A stretch of 63,118 nucleotides of DNA, counting the filler, from Octopus bimaculoides (Eukaryota), in assembly GCF_001194135.2 (NCBI RefSeq). It is 5 parts of 5 records of this genome, joined end to end, with 100 filler letters (N's around TTAATTAATTAA, not from the genome) between each part and the next. Parts side by side here need not be neighbours in the genome. Positions count along the whole stretch, not along the records: positions 16,973 to 39,277 come from NC_068984.1; positions 39,378 to 53,429 come from NC_068983.1; 3 more parts are not named here. One strand, 5' to 3'. Below the pieces are notes generated by a model. The model was not told the DNA's origin and ran no database searches. It saw nothing but the letters and a program-made list of their open reading frames with translations. Positions 38,377 to 51,142 of the stretch are shown here, piece by piece. Made by a program: the position numbers and the translations under genes. Numbering within the stretch: position 1 is the stretch's first letter; each line of letters opens with the position of its first letter.

Positions 38377-39277
38377 TAGGTTGTTCCAAAAATAATCGCC
38401 GATTTCAGAAATAATTTTATTCTGGAAAAATTAGCAATAGAGATGTTTTGATTAGTCAAAGTATGGACTGTGAACATGCATCTCTGCCATCGATCAACGA
38501 GATTATTTATGCCTCGTTAATAAAAACTTATAAGCTTTGATGCTAAGAAATCTTTGAAAGCTGATTCCACCTCTGGTTTGGACCTGAAAGTTTTATCACT
38601 TAAAAACGTGTTTAAATGGCTTTAAAAAATGGTATTCACTGGGTGAAAGATCATGAGAATATGGAGGATGTGGTAAAGTCTGTGAGTTTCTGCAGTGTCA
38701 TTCTTGCAACATGTGGCTTTGCATTACTGTGGAGTAGAATTGGGCCACGCCGATTCGCCAATGCAGGTCTCATTTTTTTCCAAGTGAGCATGCACTTCAG
38801 CGAGTTGATTGCAGTAAAACTCTGCTGTAATGTTCTGTTTGGCTTCCAGAAAGCTGTAATGGACAACATCAATTGCAGACCGTCAGACAGCCACCATAAT
38901 CTTTTGCTGATGCAACTTTGGCTTTGAGAAATGTTTGGGGGACTCATCATGATTGAGCCATTGACCTGATCGTTTCCGGTTGTCATAAAGGATCCACTTT
39001 TCGTCTCAATTAACTATTCAGTCAAGAAAAGGATCATTGGTGTTTCACAGAAAGAGCATCGAGTACACTTCAAAACGCCGAACTTTTTGATTTTCATTGA
39101 GCTCATGCAGTACCCATTTATCGAACTTTTTCACCTTACCAATCTTCTGCAGATTGCGTGAGACTGTTGCAATACCGACACCAAGTGCCTGAGACATTTC
39201 TCTGACACTTTAACATGGGTTTTGTTCAACAATTGCTTTCAATTGTTCATTGTCAAGACTGCATGACTGTCCTCTTT
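38377..39277 (-). mobile_element. Mariner (Hsmar1/cecropia-like) transposon remnant, truncated by spacer
   Basis: DEKWILYDN, RRGPILLHSNAKPHVA, PPYSHDLSPSEYH, NLVDRWQ; TIR-like TAGGTTGTTCCAAAAATAATCGCCG at 38377. Confidence 0.85.
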
Positions 39278-39377
39278 NNNNNNNNNNNNNNNNNNNNNNN
39301 NNNNNNNNNNNNNNNNNNNNNTTAATTAATTAANNNNNNNNNNNNNNNNNNNNNNNNNNNNNNNNNNNNNNNNNNNN
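39278..39377. other. Artificial scaffold-concatenation spacer
   Basis: N44-TTAATTAATTAA-N44. Confidence 0.9.
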
Positions 39378-39543
39378 TATATATATATATATATACATGT
39401 ATATATACATACATATATATGTATATATATATGCATATTTATATACACATGTATATATACACACAAAAACACACACACACACATATATATATGCATATAC
39501 ATACATACTTATATACATGTGTGTGTGTATATGCACCTACGCA

Positions 39544-39583
<40 letters not shown>

Positions 39584-41499
39584 TTGAGATGATGTAAAGA
39601 TGAAAGAGAAAATGCAAGAAGTGGGATGATGATTTTATCATAACGGCATTTTTCCTATCGATATTTCATTTCTCTTTCAAGAAACGCCGTGGGAACAATA
39701 TTTTTGCGATAAAAAGACAAAAAAGATATAAGTCAAATGAACAATGATATATTAATACAAACGAATATATATATGTACTCGAATAATAGAAATCAAACTG
39801 AAATTTGTGTAAGATCACATGATGTTATGAACTCTAGCACTGAACAGTCTTGCTTTTAAGACAGTAATTAGTTGTATCTAATCAATTTTCGTAACGTTAA
39901 TGAATCTCTTTTATTTTCTTTATAAATTAAACTAGTTTCTTATTTACAAATATATACCTTCATATATTTAATCTTATTTTTACTTTTTCTTCAAAATTCT
40001 TTGAGTTTTGTTAATCTAATAATCATTAAGGAATTGATGTTCAATGTTAAATGATTAAAAGGACGAAATTAAGTCGAAAGAACAGATTCTGTATCGGAAC
40101 TTGCACAGGTAAACAGATTCATGTTCATGGGTATTTGGCTCTTTTTTCTTTTATTTCTAATTATAATTTATAATAACTTGTATGAATTTATATTAAGATA
40201 TCTTTATCTTCAACTTGTTTCAAGTTTTGGACTGGGGCCATGTTGGAGTACTGTCTTGAAGGGTTTTAGTCGAACAGATGACCTAACTGCTTTTTTTTGC
40301 TATTGTCTGGACAAACAAACGCTTACACACACATGTATGTATGTATATATATATATATATATNNNNNNNNNNNNNNNNNNNNNNNNNNNNNNNNNNNNNN
40401 NNNNNNNNNNNNNNNNNNNNNNNNNNNNNNNNNNNNNNNNNNNNNNNNNNNNNNNNNNNNNNNNNNNNNNNNNNNNNNNNNNNNNNNNNNNNNNNNNNNN
40501 NCATACACGACGGGCTTCTTCCAGTTTCTGCCTACCAAATCCACTCACAAGGCCTTGGTCTGCCCGAGGCTATAGTAGAATACACTTGCCCAAGGTGCCA
40601 CGCAGTGGGAATGAACCCAGGACCATGTGGTTGGTAAGCAAGCTACTTACCACACAGTCACTCCTGCGTCTAATATTTGTAAAGGGGTTTATTATGCCCA
40701 TGAACTACAACACATTATCACTTTTAATTTTAAGGCTATACAATAAAAGATCAACTAATTCAAAACTTACGGAATTTAATCTCAAACGCTCTGAATTGAG
40801 AATAAATAATTCATTATACACGTACCTGTTGCTAGTTAGACTCTTCTTTTGATCGTAAACTTTACATAATTATATTTGAATGTTGCCTGTGAACTAATCC
40901 GAATGACTTATATTTTCTTGCATGCCCGAAAGTAACGTCAGCTGCCAAGAAAGAATTCTACTTTGGGTAATGAAATGTATCTATTTCAACGCTATTATGT
41001 AGTCCTACCAAGTATAATTACTTCGTGTAATGTAACACACTCTTATCTGACATTGATAAATACGGAGCTTTGGCCAATGATTATACGTTAATTGAGTGAA
41101 GCTTGTAAAAAAATCATTTACTAAAAAATCTATTTTGAGCAATAGAACTCCTAAAGTATCACGAAAAAGGGAATCTGGAATTATGTAGAATGTGTACAAT
41201 ATCAAATAATTGATTTGAATTTGCGAGTTTAGATGTAGATTAGCTAAACAAATAATTTCAGTGTACTTTTATCGTCATTTTAAATAATGTAAGCTGGTCA
41301 GTAGAGAATAGAATGTAGACGATAAGCAAATGGAGTTTATTGAATCACAGGCAAGTTATTAGGGAGAATGAAGTGTTTGTTTACACGAAGAGAATCAACA
41401 AGAGTAAGTCTTCTTCATCGTAGTGTACACATCATATTCCCATTCAAGATAAAAGATTATACATACATACACACACATATACACACACACGCACACACT

Positions 41500-42140
41500 C
41501 ATATATTATTTTATTCTTTTATACGTTTTAGCCTTGCGGTTGCGGCGATACTGGTGTACCGCCAATGTAATCACCTTTTAATTGGCCAACTCTATGGGAT
41601 TGACTTTTGGTAACTCTTTTGAGTTTCCTGCCTTGATATTGGTTCATTTGAGGTCTTGGATAGTAAGAGATCAAGTTGTTTCTTGAAAACATCTACCCAC
41701 ACTCCATGCAAATTCTCGAGATGCTTTGGCAAGCAGTTAAATAGCTGTTGGCCCTTGAATCCCAAGCTATTGCAGTACTTAGATGAGACAGCTGGGAGTT
41801 TTGGAACAGTGCAGTGATGACCATTTCGAGTTCTGGTGTAACTCTCAATTACAAAATTTGGTGTCAGCCCATCCAGTGTCTTCCACATATATACCATTGC
41901 ATATCTCTCCCGTCTTCGTTCCAGGGAGTAGAGTCGTAGCTCTTTCAGTCTCTCCCAATAATTCAGCTGTTCCATTGACGCAATCTTCCTCGTGTAGTAT
42001 CGCTGAACCGCCTCAAGTTCTGCTTTTAATCCTACAATGTAAGTTGACCACAGTTGAGAGCAGTAGTCCAGACGGGTGAGGACAAATGTCATCCATAGGA
42101 CCAGCATAGTTTCCTGGTCTCTTGTTCTGAAGGTTCTCAG
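41500..42140 (-). mobile_element. CR1-clade LINE 3' end (5'-truncated)
   Basis: RLDYCSQLWS...LEAVQRYYTRKI...YWERLKELRLYSLERRRERY...NSLGFKGQQLFNCLP...FKKQLD. Confidence 0.88.
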
Positions 42141-42395
42141 AATCCAGAATATATATATATAGCGCGTCGGACAAAAATATGTATATTAGCGTGTCGGACA
42201 AAAATGCTTAGCAGCATTTCTTCTGGTTTTTTACGTTCTGAATTCAAATTCCGCCGTAGTCGAGTTTGCTTTTATCCTTTCGGATTAATAAAATAAAGTA
42301 CCAGTCAATCACTAGGGTCCATATAATTGACTTCTCCACACTCCCAAATTACTGGCCTTGTGCCAAAATTCGAAAACAATGTATGTATGTATGTT

Positions 42396-42452
<57 letters not shown>

Positions 42453-43361
42453 ACACACGGACGCGCACACACACACTAACGCACACACACAAGCACACAA
42501 CACGCACATGAAGTTAAATACACAAATGCAAAGTAACGAAATATCTGCCATTTTGACAGAGCTTCCACTGTTACTTCGCTGTGACTTGTTATTATTTCAT
42601 GGTGCCTGTTTACAGTGAGACAGACTGCTATATTTTAGAGTCAAACGCCATAACAACGTAAACAACGGTGTATCATTGGGATAATTGCAAGCCGTGACCT
42701 CTCGGCTGCTCGTCCTGTATGCTGCAAATATGGCCATTTAAGTTACTGGAATTGGAATTGTAAAATACATGTTGATATAATGAAGCAATATAATATGTTT
42801 GGAATTTGTGAGGCATTATGGAGGAAAATTATCTGAAGGAAAGGGGTCTAACTGAATTAATCGAGTGTTCTGTAATACTGCTATTCATTTTATTGATCTA
42901 CTAAAGTGATGACGGATAAAATTAGTCCCGGTGAGATTTGAAATTGGGATTGCAATATGGTTAGTCGAACGCTTAACTGTATTTGCTACTTACATCGCAC
43001 CTCTTGGTCTGTAGTAAAAACATTAATCATGTTATATGTTCATTTGTTTACAAACAATAAAACAAGTATATTTTTAACTATATATTGGACATAAGATTAT
43101 CCCAATGTATTAGATCATTAAATGTAATAATAGCCAATTTCTTTTGACCCGGGGTCCTTCTGCAATGATAAGGTATAAAGATATCAAAACAAATTAGAAA
43201 AAGAACTGGAAGATGGAAATATAATAATTATTTTCCTCGGATATCTGACAAGTGACATGTGTGGTTTATTTGAAAATTATTTCTATTCTAAGTGGAAAAT
43301 ATTTCGTATAATTTAGTTGGGCGGCATAGATGCATCGCCCGTGATTCTAACTGCGTGTACG

Positions 43362-44281
43362 TATGAAGGTATGTGCAAGAGTTCGATCCCCCCAATAGTG
43401 TCGACAACCACATTTATCTTATACAAGCGCCAGTACGAAGTAACAGGGCACACGAATTTTAAATGCTGTCGTGAACATGAAATATTTTACAAAACTTTTC
43501 CTTTAAGGACGGTTTTCATTCGGAGGAACAAGATTCGGGGGGAAAAGTTGTCAGGAACAAGATTGGGTGAATAGGGAGGGTGGGTAAACGGGGTCTTGGC
43601 ATTTTCCAATAAAAACTGTCTCACACTCAAGTCAGTGTGCGAAGGTGCATTGCCGTAATGAAACCACCACTCTCCACTTTGCCACTGGTCGGGGGATTTT
43701 CGTCTTGCTGTGTCTCACAAGCACTTCAGAACTGTCAAGTAAAATGTGTGGTTAACAGTTTGACCAGGAGGAACAAATTCTGTGTGAACAATTCCTTTCA
43801 CATAGGTGAAACAAATCAGCATCGTCTTGACATTGGACTTCACTTGACGCACTTTTGCGGGGCGTGGTGACATTGAATGCTTCTATTAACTTGATTGCTG
43901 CTTCGTTTCCAGGTCGTAGCAGCAGCACCAGTGATGAACTTCGAAAAAAAGATTCGGTTCTATATCCAACTATTCTTTCAGTACACAGCACGCATTCAGT
44001 CGTGACTGCTTTTGATCTTCCGTGAGCAAGCGAGGCACAAATTTTGCTGCAACTCTTTTCATTCGCAATTCCTCGCTCAAAATTCGCTGACAGGAGCTCC
44101 AGGACACACCAATCATATCAATTGTTCAGTGACGGTCCTCCAAGATCAGTTCATGAATCTTCGTGATGTTTTCATAAGTGACCATTCCTAAAATGTGAAA
44201 ACCACTCGTATACTTGTGTTTTGCTCATGACAGCGTCCTTGTAAGCTGGTTGTGTTGGGGTGAAATCCTGACACCCCTGTA
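43362..44281 (-). mobile_element. Mariner transposon remnant (second family)
   Basis: FVPRLLTEDQK, YDLETKQQS, KGIVHTEFVPPGQTVN, HYGNAPSH, HPPYSPNL. Confidence 0.85.
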
Positions 44282-44329
44282 GGATAGCAAGTCAACTGTC
44301 CTAAACCTATATAGGCGCATGCGCACTAG

Positions 44330-45580
44330 GGACAGTGTGGTGTGTACTCTCTCGAGTTACGGTCAGTAGATTATTTTGAAGGTTTATTAGTTATTTGACG
44401 TTGAATTTTGTTGCAGGTTTTCCCATTTAGGAATTCCTTTGTTCAAAAATTGTTTAAAAATTGTTTTGAACCGTGTCTTGTGACACATTGTTAGCCATTT
44501 CAGGTTTGTTTTCTATTGTTTCCCCGTTTAGGGGCGAATCGCTTACATTTTGTGTTGGCACATCCTACACAAAATGGTAGACGATATGTCGTACAAGCTA
44601 ATGGAAAGCGAAGTTGGTTCGGAATATACAAGTGATTCTGGTAAAAGTAATGATGGTTACGCGGCCGCAGTGGGCAGGCACTTTAAGCGCTATAACATCA
44701 GGTCAGAAACTGTAAGAGAGTTCCAGACAATGGTACATGGGGAGGGAACAAACGTAAGGTTGTCTCCCCCCGAGGAGGTCATGGAAAATACGAGAAGAAA
44801 AATAGCAGTATACAGGACGCTATCTCTAAAGACCAAAAAGACAGAGATAGCGCCCATCGAGGAAATTGAGAAGGCGCTGAAGTCTGTCATGTACAAGATA
44901 GCCTTTTTGAGAAGAGGGAAGAAATACGGCACGGTGGAAGCGCAGCTTTTCACCGAGAGCGATGCCAGGGTTGATTCAGCGATAGCCCTGCAAACAGGAG
45001 AACTAGTTCTTTTGCCGACTTACTTAGGCAAAAGAACCACTAAAATATAAATAGAAATATGTAAATATAAATAGAAAGCTTTCTCCAGAAATTGAACCAG
45101 AATGGCTCCTGGCAGCAGTATTCACAAAGATAAAGGTTACTTTAATGGAACTCGAGGAAAGAAGTGTCCAGAACTGTATAAGAGCGACAATTCGAGCCAC
45201 ATCAGAGGACATCAAAGAGATACCGGATTTCATCATCCTTCCAGATGATTCAAAGTTGAAAGTAATGGTACAGGACAGAGTCCTAAGATGCTACGGATGC
45301 GGCCTGAAGGGGCACATAAGAAAAACGTGCCCCCAGGCCCTGCAGTCTGAAGCACAAGAAGTTGGTCAGAAGAAGGCTAATTGTCAGCGGACATTAATGG
45401 AAGAGGAAGTCCCAGACGAAAAGGAGGAAGTGATAGAGGAGCGAGAGAGAGATGGACGCGACAGGGGACAACACACACCGATGACATCAGCGACATCGGT
45501 AGAGGTAAGCAATGGAGGGTGGGCGGTGGCTAGGAGGAAGAGAAATAAATAAAGGATTCGTTCTCTACCTCCCAAGGAAG
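44330..45580 (+). mobile_element. Tx1/L1-type ORF1 (RRM-like + CCHC knuckle) with 5' UTR, frameshifted, no ORF2 adjacent
   Basis: RRGKKYGTVE...LLPTYLGKR and CYGCGLKGHIRKTC; short tandem duplication at ~45040-45075 breaks the frame. Confidence 0.75.
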
Positions 45581-45584
45581 AGTG

Positions 45585-45925
45585 TAAAAGCTGGACGGAC
45601 GAAAAGAAGGTAGTCTTCTTTTAAGGAAATTATCATCAGCAGAACATGAAAAGTTTTGTAATTACATCTTGCCGAGAAAACCATCCGAAATTTGTTTCGA
45701 GGAAACAATTAAGCTATTATCTAAAATATTCAGTAAAAGAAGCTCAATATTTAATATTTGCTGAGAGTGTTTGAATTTGGAAAAAAAACCCCAAAAAACC
45801 CAGAAACAGAAGAGTTCGTTACGTATATCGGAATATAAAGAAAGAATGTGAAAAATTTTAACTCGACGAATTAAACCCTGACATGTTTCAATGTTTAATC
45901 TTCGTACAAGAATTCACATTGTTGG
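45585..45925 (+). mobile_element. Gypsy LTR-retrotransposon gag fragment (K02A2.6-like)
   Basis: LLLRKLSSAEHEKFCNYILPRKPSEICFEETIKLLSKIFS..SSIFN....CLNL...EEFVTY.G...ECEKF.L.EL.PDMFQCLIFVQ. Confidence 0.8.
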
Positions 45926-46199
45926 TTAAAGCAAAAAAGATCAAACGAAAAAAATTCAAGAAAAAAGTATTGTTAACACAAAGGCAAAGCGAGAAACAAA
46001 AGAGAAAATTTGTCTCTCTAAAAATGAATAATGTGAATATGAGACTACAGCTGTACACATGTAGTGACATCACAATAATTAACGAGGATACATGGAAAAA
46101 AGTAGGAAGACGTACATTGAAAAAAAAAAAAAAACTGCGAAAATGGTGAGAGGTATCTCAGGAAAATAATTACGATTTTTGGGCGAAATGATTAGTGAG

Positions 46200-47186
46200 G
46201 TAACATTTCGTTTTTTCTTTATTATAGGCATTAAAGCTTTAATATAGAAGGGACACCACAAGGACAGACAACACAAATATGGGGTACATACAACAATTAA
46301 CGAATGAATTATGAGTTATGAAAATAATGATAATGCAATGGCTTTCCTACTCGCCAAAGTAGGAAGTTCCATTTTACTGTTTTTACAACCAATAATTATA
46401 TCCAGTTTGTATCGTGTTTATGTAAAAAAAAGCTATTAACCCCCTCGAATGTTATCACTTTTTTCTCTTTTATTTTCCTCCGCCTTTCTTTTCTTTTTAG
46501 GTGGAGATTCGCTGTTTTCTCTCTTCTTTTCTACCACAGTAAACACCTTTTCCTCCTCTGCTGTTACAATCTCTTCTTCCCAACTCTCTTTCTCTGCCTC
46601 CTCCTGTTCGTGTTTCTGGGGACACTTGGCTTTCATGTGACCCCTTACTCTACATGTAAAACATATTGGAGGTCTACCTTCCACCATAATTCTCAGACTG
46701 GTTTCGTCTGGTAGAATAATTTCTTCAACAAGTTTGTAAAGGTCTGGTAGGCTGATATGGACCATTACCTCTAGGTCATACCCGCACCAGTTAACCTCAG
46801 CAGCCTTCGACATTTTCAGGACTTCCGCCTCTTCTTCTGTATTGTAGAGGATGGCTGCCACATGCCATGCTTCGTCAATTTCAGCGGGCACTCTCCTTAT
46901 CCTTACTCTGGCCGCACGTTTGCCACAGTAAGTAGGTAACAGTGCCCACTGCGCTGATTTAAAGGCTACGGTGGAGTATTTCTTTGCTTCGTTCTCATTT
47001 ACGAAGCGTAGCTCCACCGTGCCGAACTTTCGGCCTCTGGTGTAGAACGTAGTTATTTCTTTTATTTCTTCTATTTCTTTTAAGCATTCCTCTACCGCTT
47101 CTACGGCCGCTATCTGCACCTTTTTGTTGCTATATTCAACGTTCTATATATAATAGTTTTTCTTTCTGTACACACATATTGAAATC
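46200..47186 (-). mobile_element. 5'-truncated Tx1-type ORF1 followed directly by a Tx1-like 3' end (candidate ORF1-only element)
   Basis: 227-aa ORF with RGRKFGTVE, LLPTYCGKR and CFTCRVRGHMKAKC; the terminal ~70 bp resemble the Tx1 3' end at 35755-35820. Confidence 0.75.
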
Positions 47187-47308
47187 GATTTCAACATGTG
47201 TGTACTATAAAAGTTATAATTTTAAGTGGTTTGACGATTTATCGTCTATTTTCAGCATAAGCATGGTCTCTTCTGTGCTTTTAATTATAATTGTATTTTA
47301 TACTATTA

Positions 47309-47426
<118 letters not shown>

Positions 47427-47929
47427 ATGTATTTATATACATATATGTCTACGTGTGTATGAATATACATGTGTGCTTGTGTGTGTGCATGTATGTGTGT
47501 GTTTGTGTGTGCATGTGCACGCGTAATTAACACTCTGGATAGTTGCAGGACACTCGTATTATTACGTGACTTATATCCGATATACTTTTGAAACAATTGC
47601 AGTACTCAATGACCTCTTCCATTCCATTTATTTATACGTTTGATTATCACGTTATAAGCAACCTTTGTTCCTCTAGAAATAGCATTGTATAATAACTGCC
47701 ATTACATTGGAATTCTCTGTCTAGTCTCGATATATCTATTATTTTGTTAATCAATGGATTTGATGCTTTGATTAATAGATTTATTTATCAATCATTGAGT
47801 CATCTGTGTTGTCTATGCAAGCCATGTTTATGTTAGAGACTAACAAACCGTGTCTTACCAGGATTACTCGATTAACCCTTTTACAATCTACATATATGTA
47901 TACGTACAGATTAAATACGGGATTTATTA

Positions 47930-48285
47930 TTATCTAGGTGCATCGACATGTAGGGCGCCAGGATTGGCTAAGTACCATAAGACTGAGTTAACGGCGAGGT
48001 AAAACAACCATGAAGAGATGCATATGTGTAGGTACCAAATCCAATATAAATCGTAGATCCGCCTTATGCTCGGTTCCAGGTATGGTGTCGGTATAAAAAG
48101 AATTACAGGCACAGCAGAAACAAGAAGTAAGAGTGAGAGAAAGAGTACAGCACGGTTCGCAACCATCCGCTGCCGGAGCCTCGTGGAGCTTTAGGTGTTT
48201 TCGCTCAATAAACACTCACGACGCCCGGTCTGGGAATCGAAACCGCGATCCTGCTGCCCTAACCACTGGGCCATTGCGCCTCCAC
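47930..48285 (-). mobile_element. tRNA-derived SINE, fourth family (GGAGGCGCAATGGCCCAGTGGTTAG head)
   Basis: A box TGGCCCAGTGG, B box GGTTTCGATTCC, body TGAGTGTTTATTGAGCGAAAACACCTAAAGCTCC, (TAA) tail. Confidence 0.75.
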
Positions 48286-48292
48286 ATGTATG

Positions 48293-48328
<36 letters not shown>

Positions 48329-50179
48329 AAAATAAGCAACAAGGATATCTAGAGGTAATGCTGCTTATTTTGATTCTAATCACCGCGGCGGAATTTGAAC
48401 ATCAGAACGTAAAGACAGAACAAATACTGCTGAGTATGTCGCCCGCCGTGCTAACGTTTCTGCCAGCTCGCCACCTTAAGAAACTAAGTGAAATATTGGC
48501 GATGTTGTCTCCAGTTCTTCGAATCTTTACCCACCTTTCTTACGACATAAAGGAACAATTACAGAAAATATGTTATTAAAACAACAATAACAAAAACTTC
48601 GGAAAGAACTGTTGTAGTTTCTCCTTTAAAACTTCCATTTAATTCGAAGTAAAAGTGACAAAATGGCTTCAACTTGAATTGGACTGAGATTCGAAAATTT
48701 GCCCACGAGGACTCTGCCTAGAAGACATTCAGGAGAGCAATTTGCATTCAGTTCGACGTATATCTCCTCGTAGGGAACACTTTTTTTCAGTATAATCGGT
48801 AAAATTCTCATCCAAATACTAGTTTTGGAAAATACAACATACACATCCATATCTATCAACATTTATCCACAAAAGCACGCACACATATATATATATATAT
48901 ACATGCACAGATGTACATATACACCCGTATACAAGATCACTCACTCATATGTGCACAAGATCACACATTCACTCGCATACCTAGACACACACACAGAGAT
49001 AAACACTTTTGCGTGCACACACACAGAGACACTTGCACGCTCACACACGCAGACACTTGCGCGTGCACACACAGACAGTTGTGCGCGCGCGCACATATAC
49101 ACACACGAAATAAATTATATAAATTCAAATGATATATAATTCAGTTTAAAAGTGAAAATGTCATTAAAAACCTAAGGGAGAAACATAATTATTTAAAAAA
49201 AACATTCAGTATTTGGGGAAAAGAGAATATTTACAGAATTGTAACTTGATGAAAAAGATAACATACTAGCACAACAAAACTGATGGTTATATAAACTCAG
49301 TAGGTGTAAAATATTTTAAAGAACAAACGATAGTTGCTATTGATAAAACTCAGTAATCATTCTGTTATAGGTGTGTTATATAGTAAATAATCGGTTTAGC
49401 TAGAATATAAGATAAAATCTTGCATTTGAAAAAACTGTCAAATAAAGAAACTTGCCCTTATATTTGAGACCGTATAGATAGAAACATTACCAGTCCTTAC
49501 AGAATTTAACATATTTTATTAGGGCAAGATTTCAAGTCTTATTTTAATGTATAAATACTCATGGAAGGAGGTTCAGTGCTCATGGCCATATTCTGGCTCT
49601 CCAGATCAAGTGAAATTTATACAGTTGGTACATAACCTGATTATAGGACCCGCTAGTGTTATTAAATCGAACAGGATGCTAAATCAACCATCCAAAAAAG
49701 TGTCATTTCCTTTTTAAAAAGCAAATACTGGAATATCCCCATCGGATTTTATGTTGAAGTATATACCAGTATGTTTCTATGAAGATGTGTATGAGTTTCA
49801 AGAACCAATTCTTAACATTGGCTCATTACGTTAATTAGATGAGTGAAATACACCTTTAGAGAAGGACTCGTTCTATCTTAGGCTACCTTACCAGATTATT
49901 CCTGAGAGCTAAGCCAGGGCTCGGGAAACTTTTTTAACCAATTCCCCCAGGATATATTTATTTATGCCGACGTTACCCCCTTGATTTGAAAGGAAGAAAA
50001 TCATAGATTCTTTGAATTCGGAAGGTTCATTGAATCTATTTATATGGAGAATACAATTATAAATATAAAAAGAATAAAACAAATGCGATAAAATAAATTA
50101 ACATCCTCATTATGAAACAAAAGGATTTTTCTAGAAACTTCTTCACTTCAGGTTTTGGAGAAATGATGTTTCATTTTTG

Positions 50180-50345
50180 TTCCAATTACATCAGAATTGG
50201 GGCATTTTGATGCCAGAACAATTTTAAAATAATCTTCGTGACCCAATCGATTACTCTGCTCTGTTTTTATGTTCATTAGAGTGAAAAATCCTTGTTCGTA
50301 AAGGTAGGGTGTTGCAAAAGGCAACGACTTTTTGTCTGTTTCCTC
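50180..50345 (-). mobile_element. hAT (Charlie/Buster-like) transposase C-terminal fragment
   Basis: LPFATPYLYEQGFFTLMNIKTEQSNRL resembles the hAT dimerisation motif LPFATTYLCE.GFS.L..IK.K.RNRL. Confidence 0.7.
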
Positions 50346-50921
50346 ATACCAGAAGAAAAAATTCTAACGTAACAAGGAACACGTTTTCTATATAATTTTA
50401 CTTATGTCTAATGAGTCCTAATTATCCCCAAGAATTTCATTTTCATCCTACTTGGAGTAATTTACCCTTGTTCACCGACCCCTGAGCTAAGTGAACAGAA
50501 GTATGTAGAATTAAGTGTACTGCTGATATAGCACTTCTAGTAGATTTGAACTCAAGATCTTTGAACCAGTTCTTCATACCATATCAGATTGTCATTTAAC
50601 TTCTACATATAACGAAATGCTAACTATTTAATTTCGAAATAACAATATTGCCATAGCTGTCTCCTTTTCTCTTACTCAAGATGATTTCGTTCCAGGTGTA
50701 GAAGGGGCAGGTGCAGAAGAATATGGTTGACAAAAGATAAAGAATGAAGTCAAGTTTTTCTGCTCGTCTATGAATATCTATGAAGAAGGGATGTGTTACA
50801 AAAGAATGGTATTTTAAATATTGAATTAAGTATTGAACACGTTGTTATTTGAGACGGTTGGAGATAGAAAGAAATCTAAAAAGAAAGAAGTCTATGAGGC
50901 GGTGATGATAAGCGGGTGTGA

Positions 50922-50962
<41 letters not shown>

Positions 50963-51085
50963 NNNNNNNNNNNNNNNNNNNNNNNNNNNNNNNNNNNNNN
51001 NNNNNNNNNNNNNNNNNNNNNNNNNNNNNNNNNNNNNNNNNNNNNNNNNNNNNNNNNNNNNNNNNNNNNNNNNNNNNNNNNNNNN

Positions 51086-51142
<57 letters not shown>

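Noticed and set aside
49985-50045. Minus-strand exon-like FNEPSEFKESMIFFLSNQG with AG/GT boundaries
   Set aside because: Short, isolated, no partner exons, and next to hAT debris.
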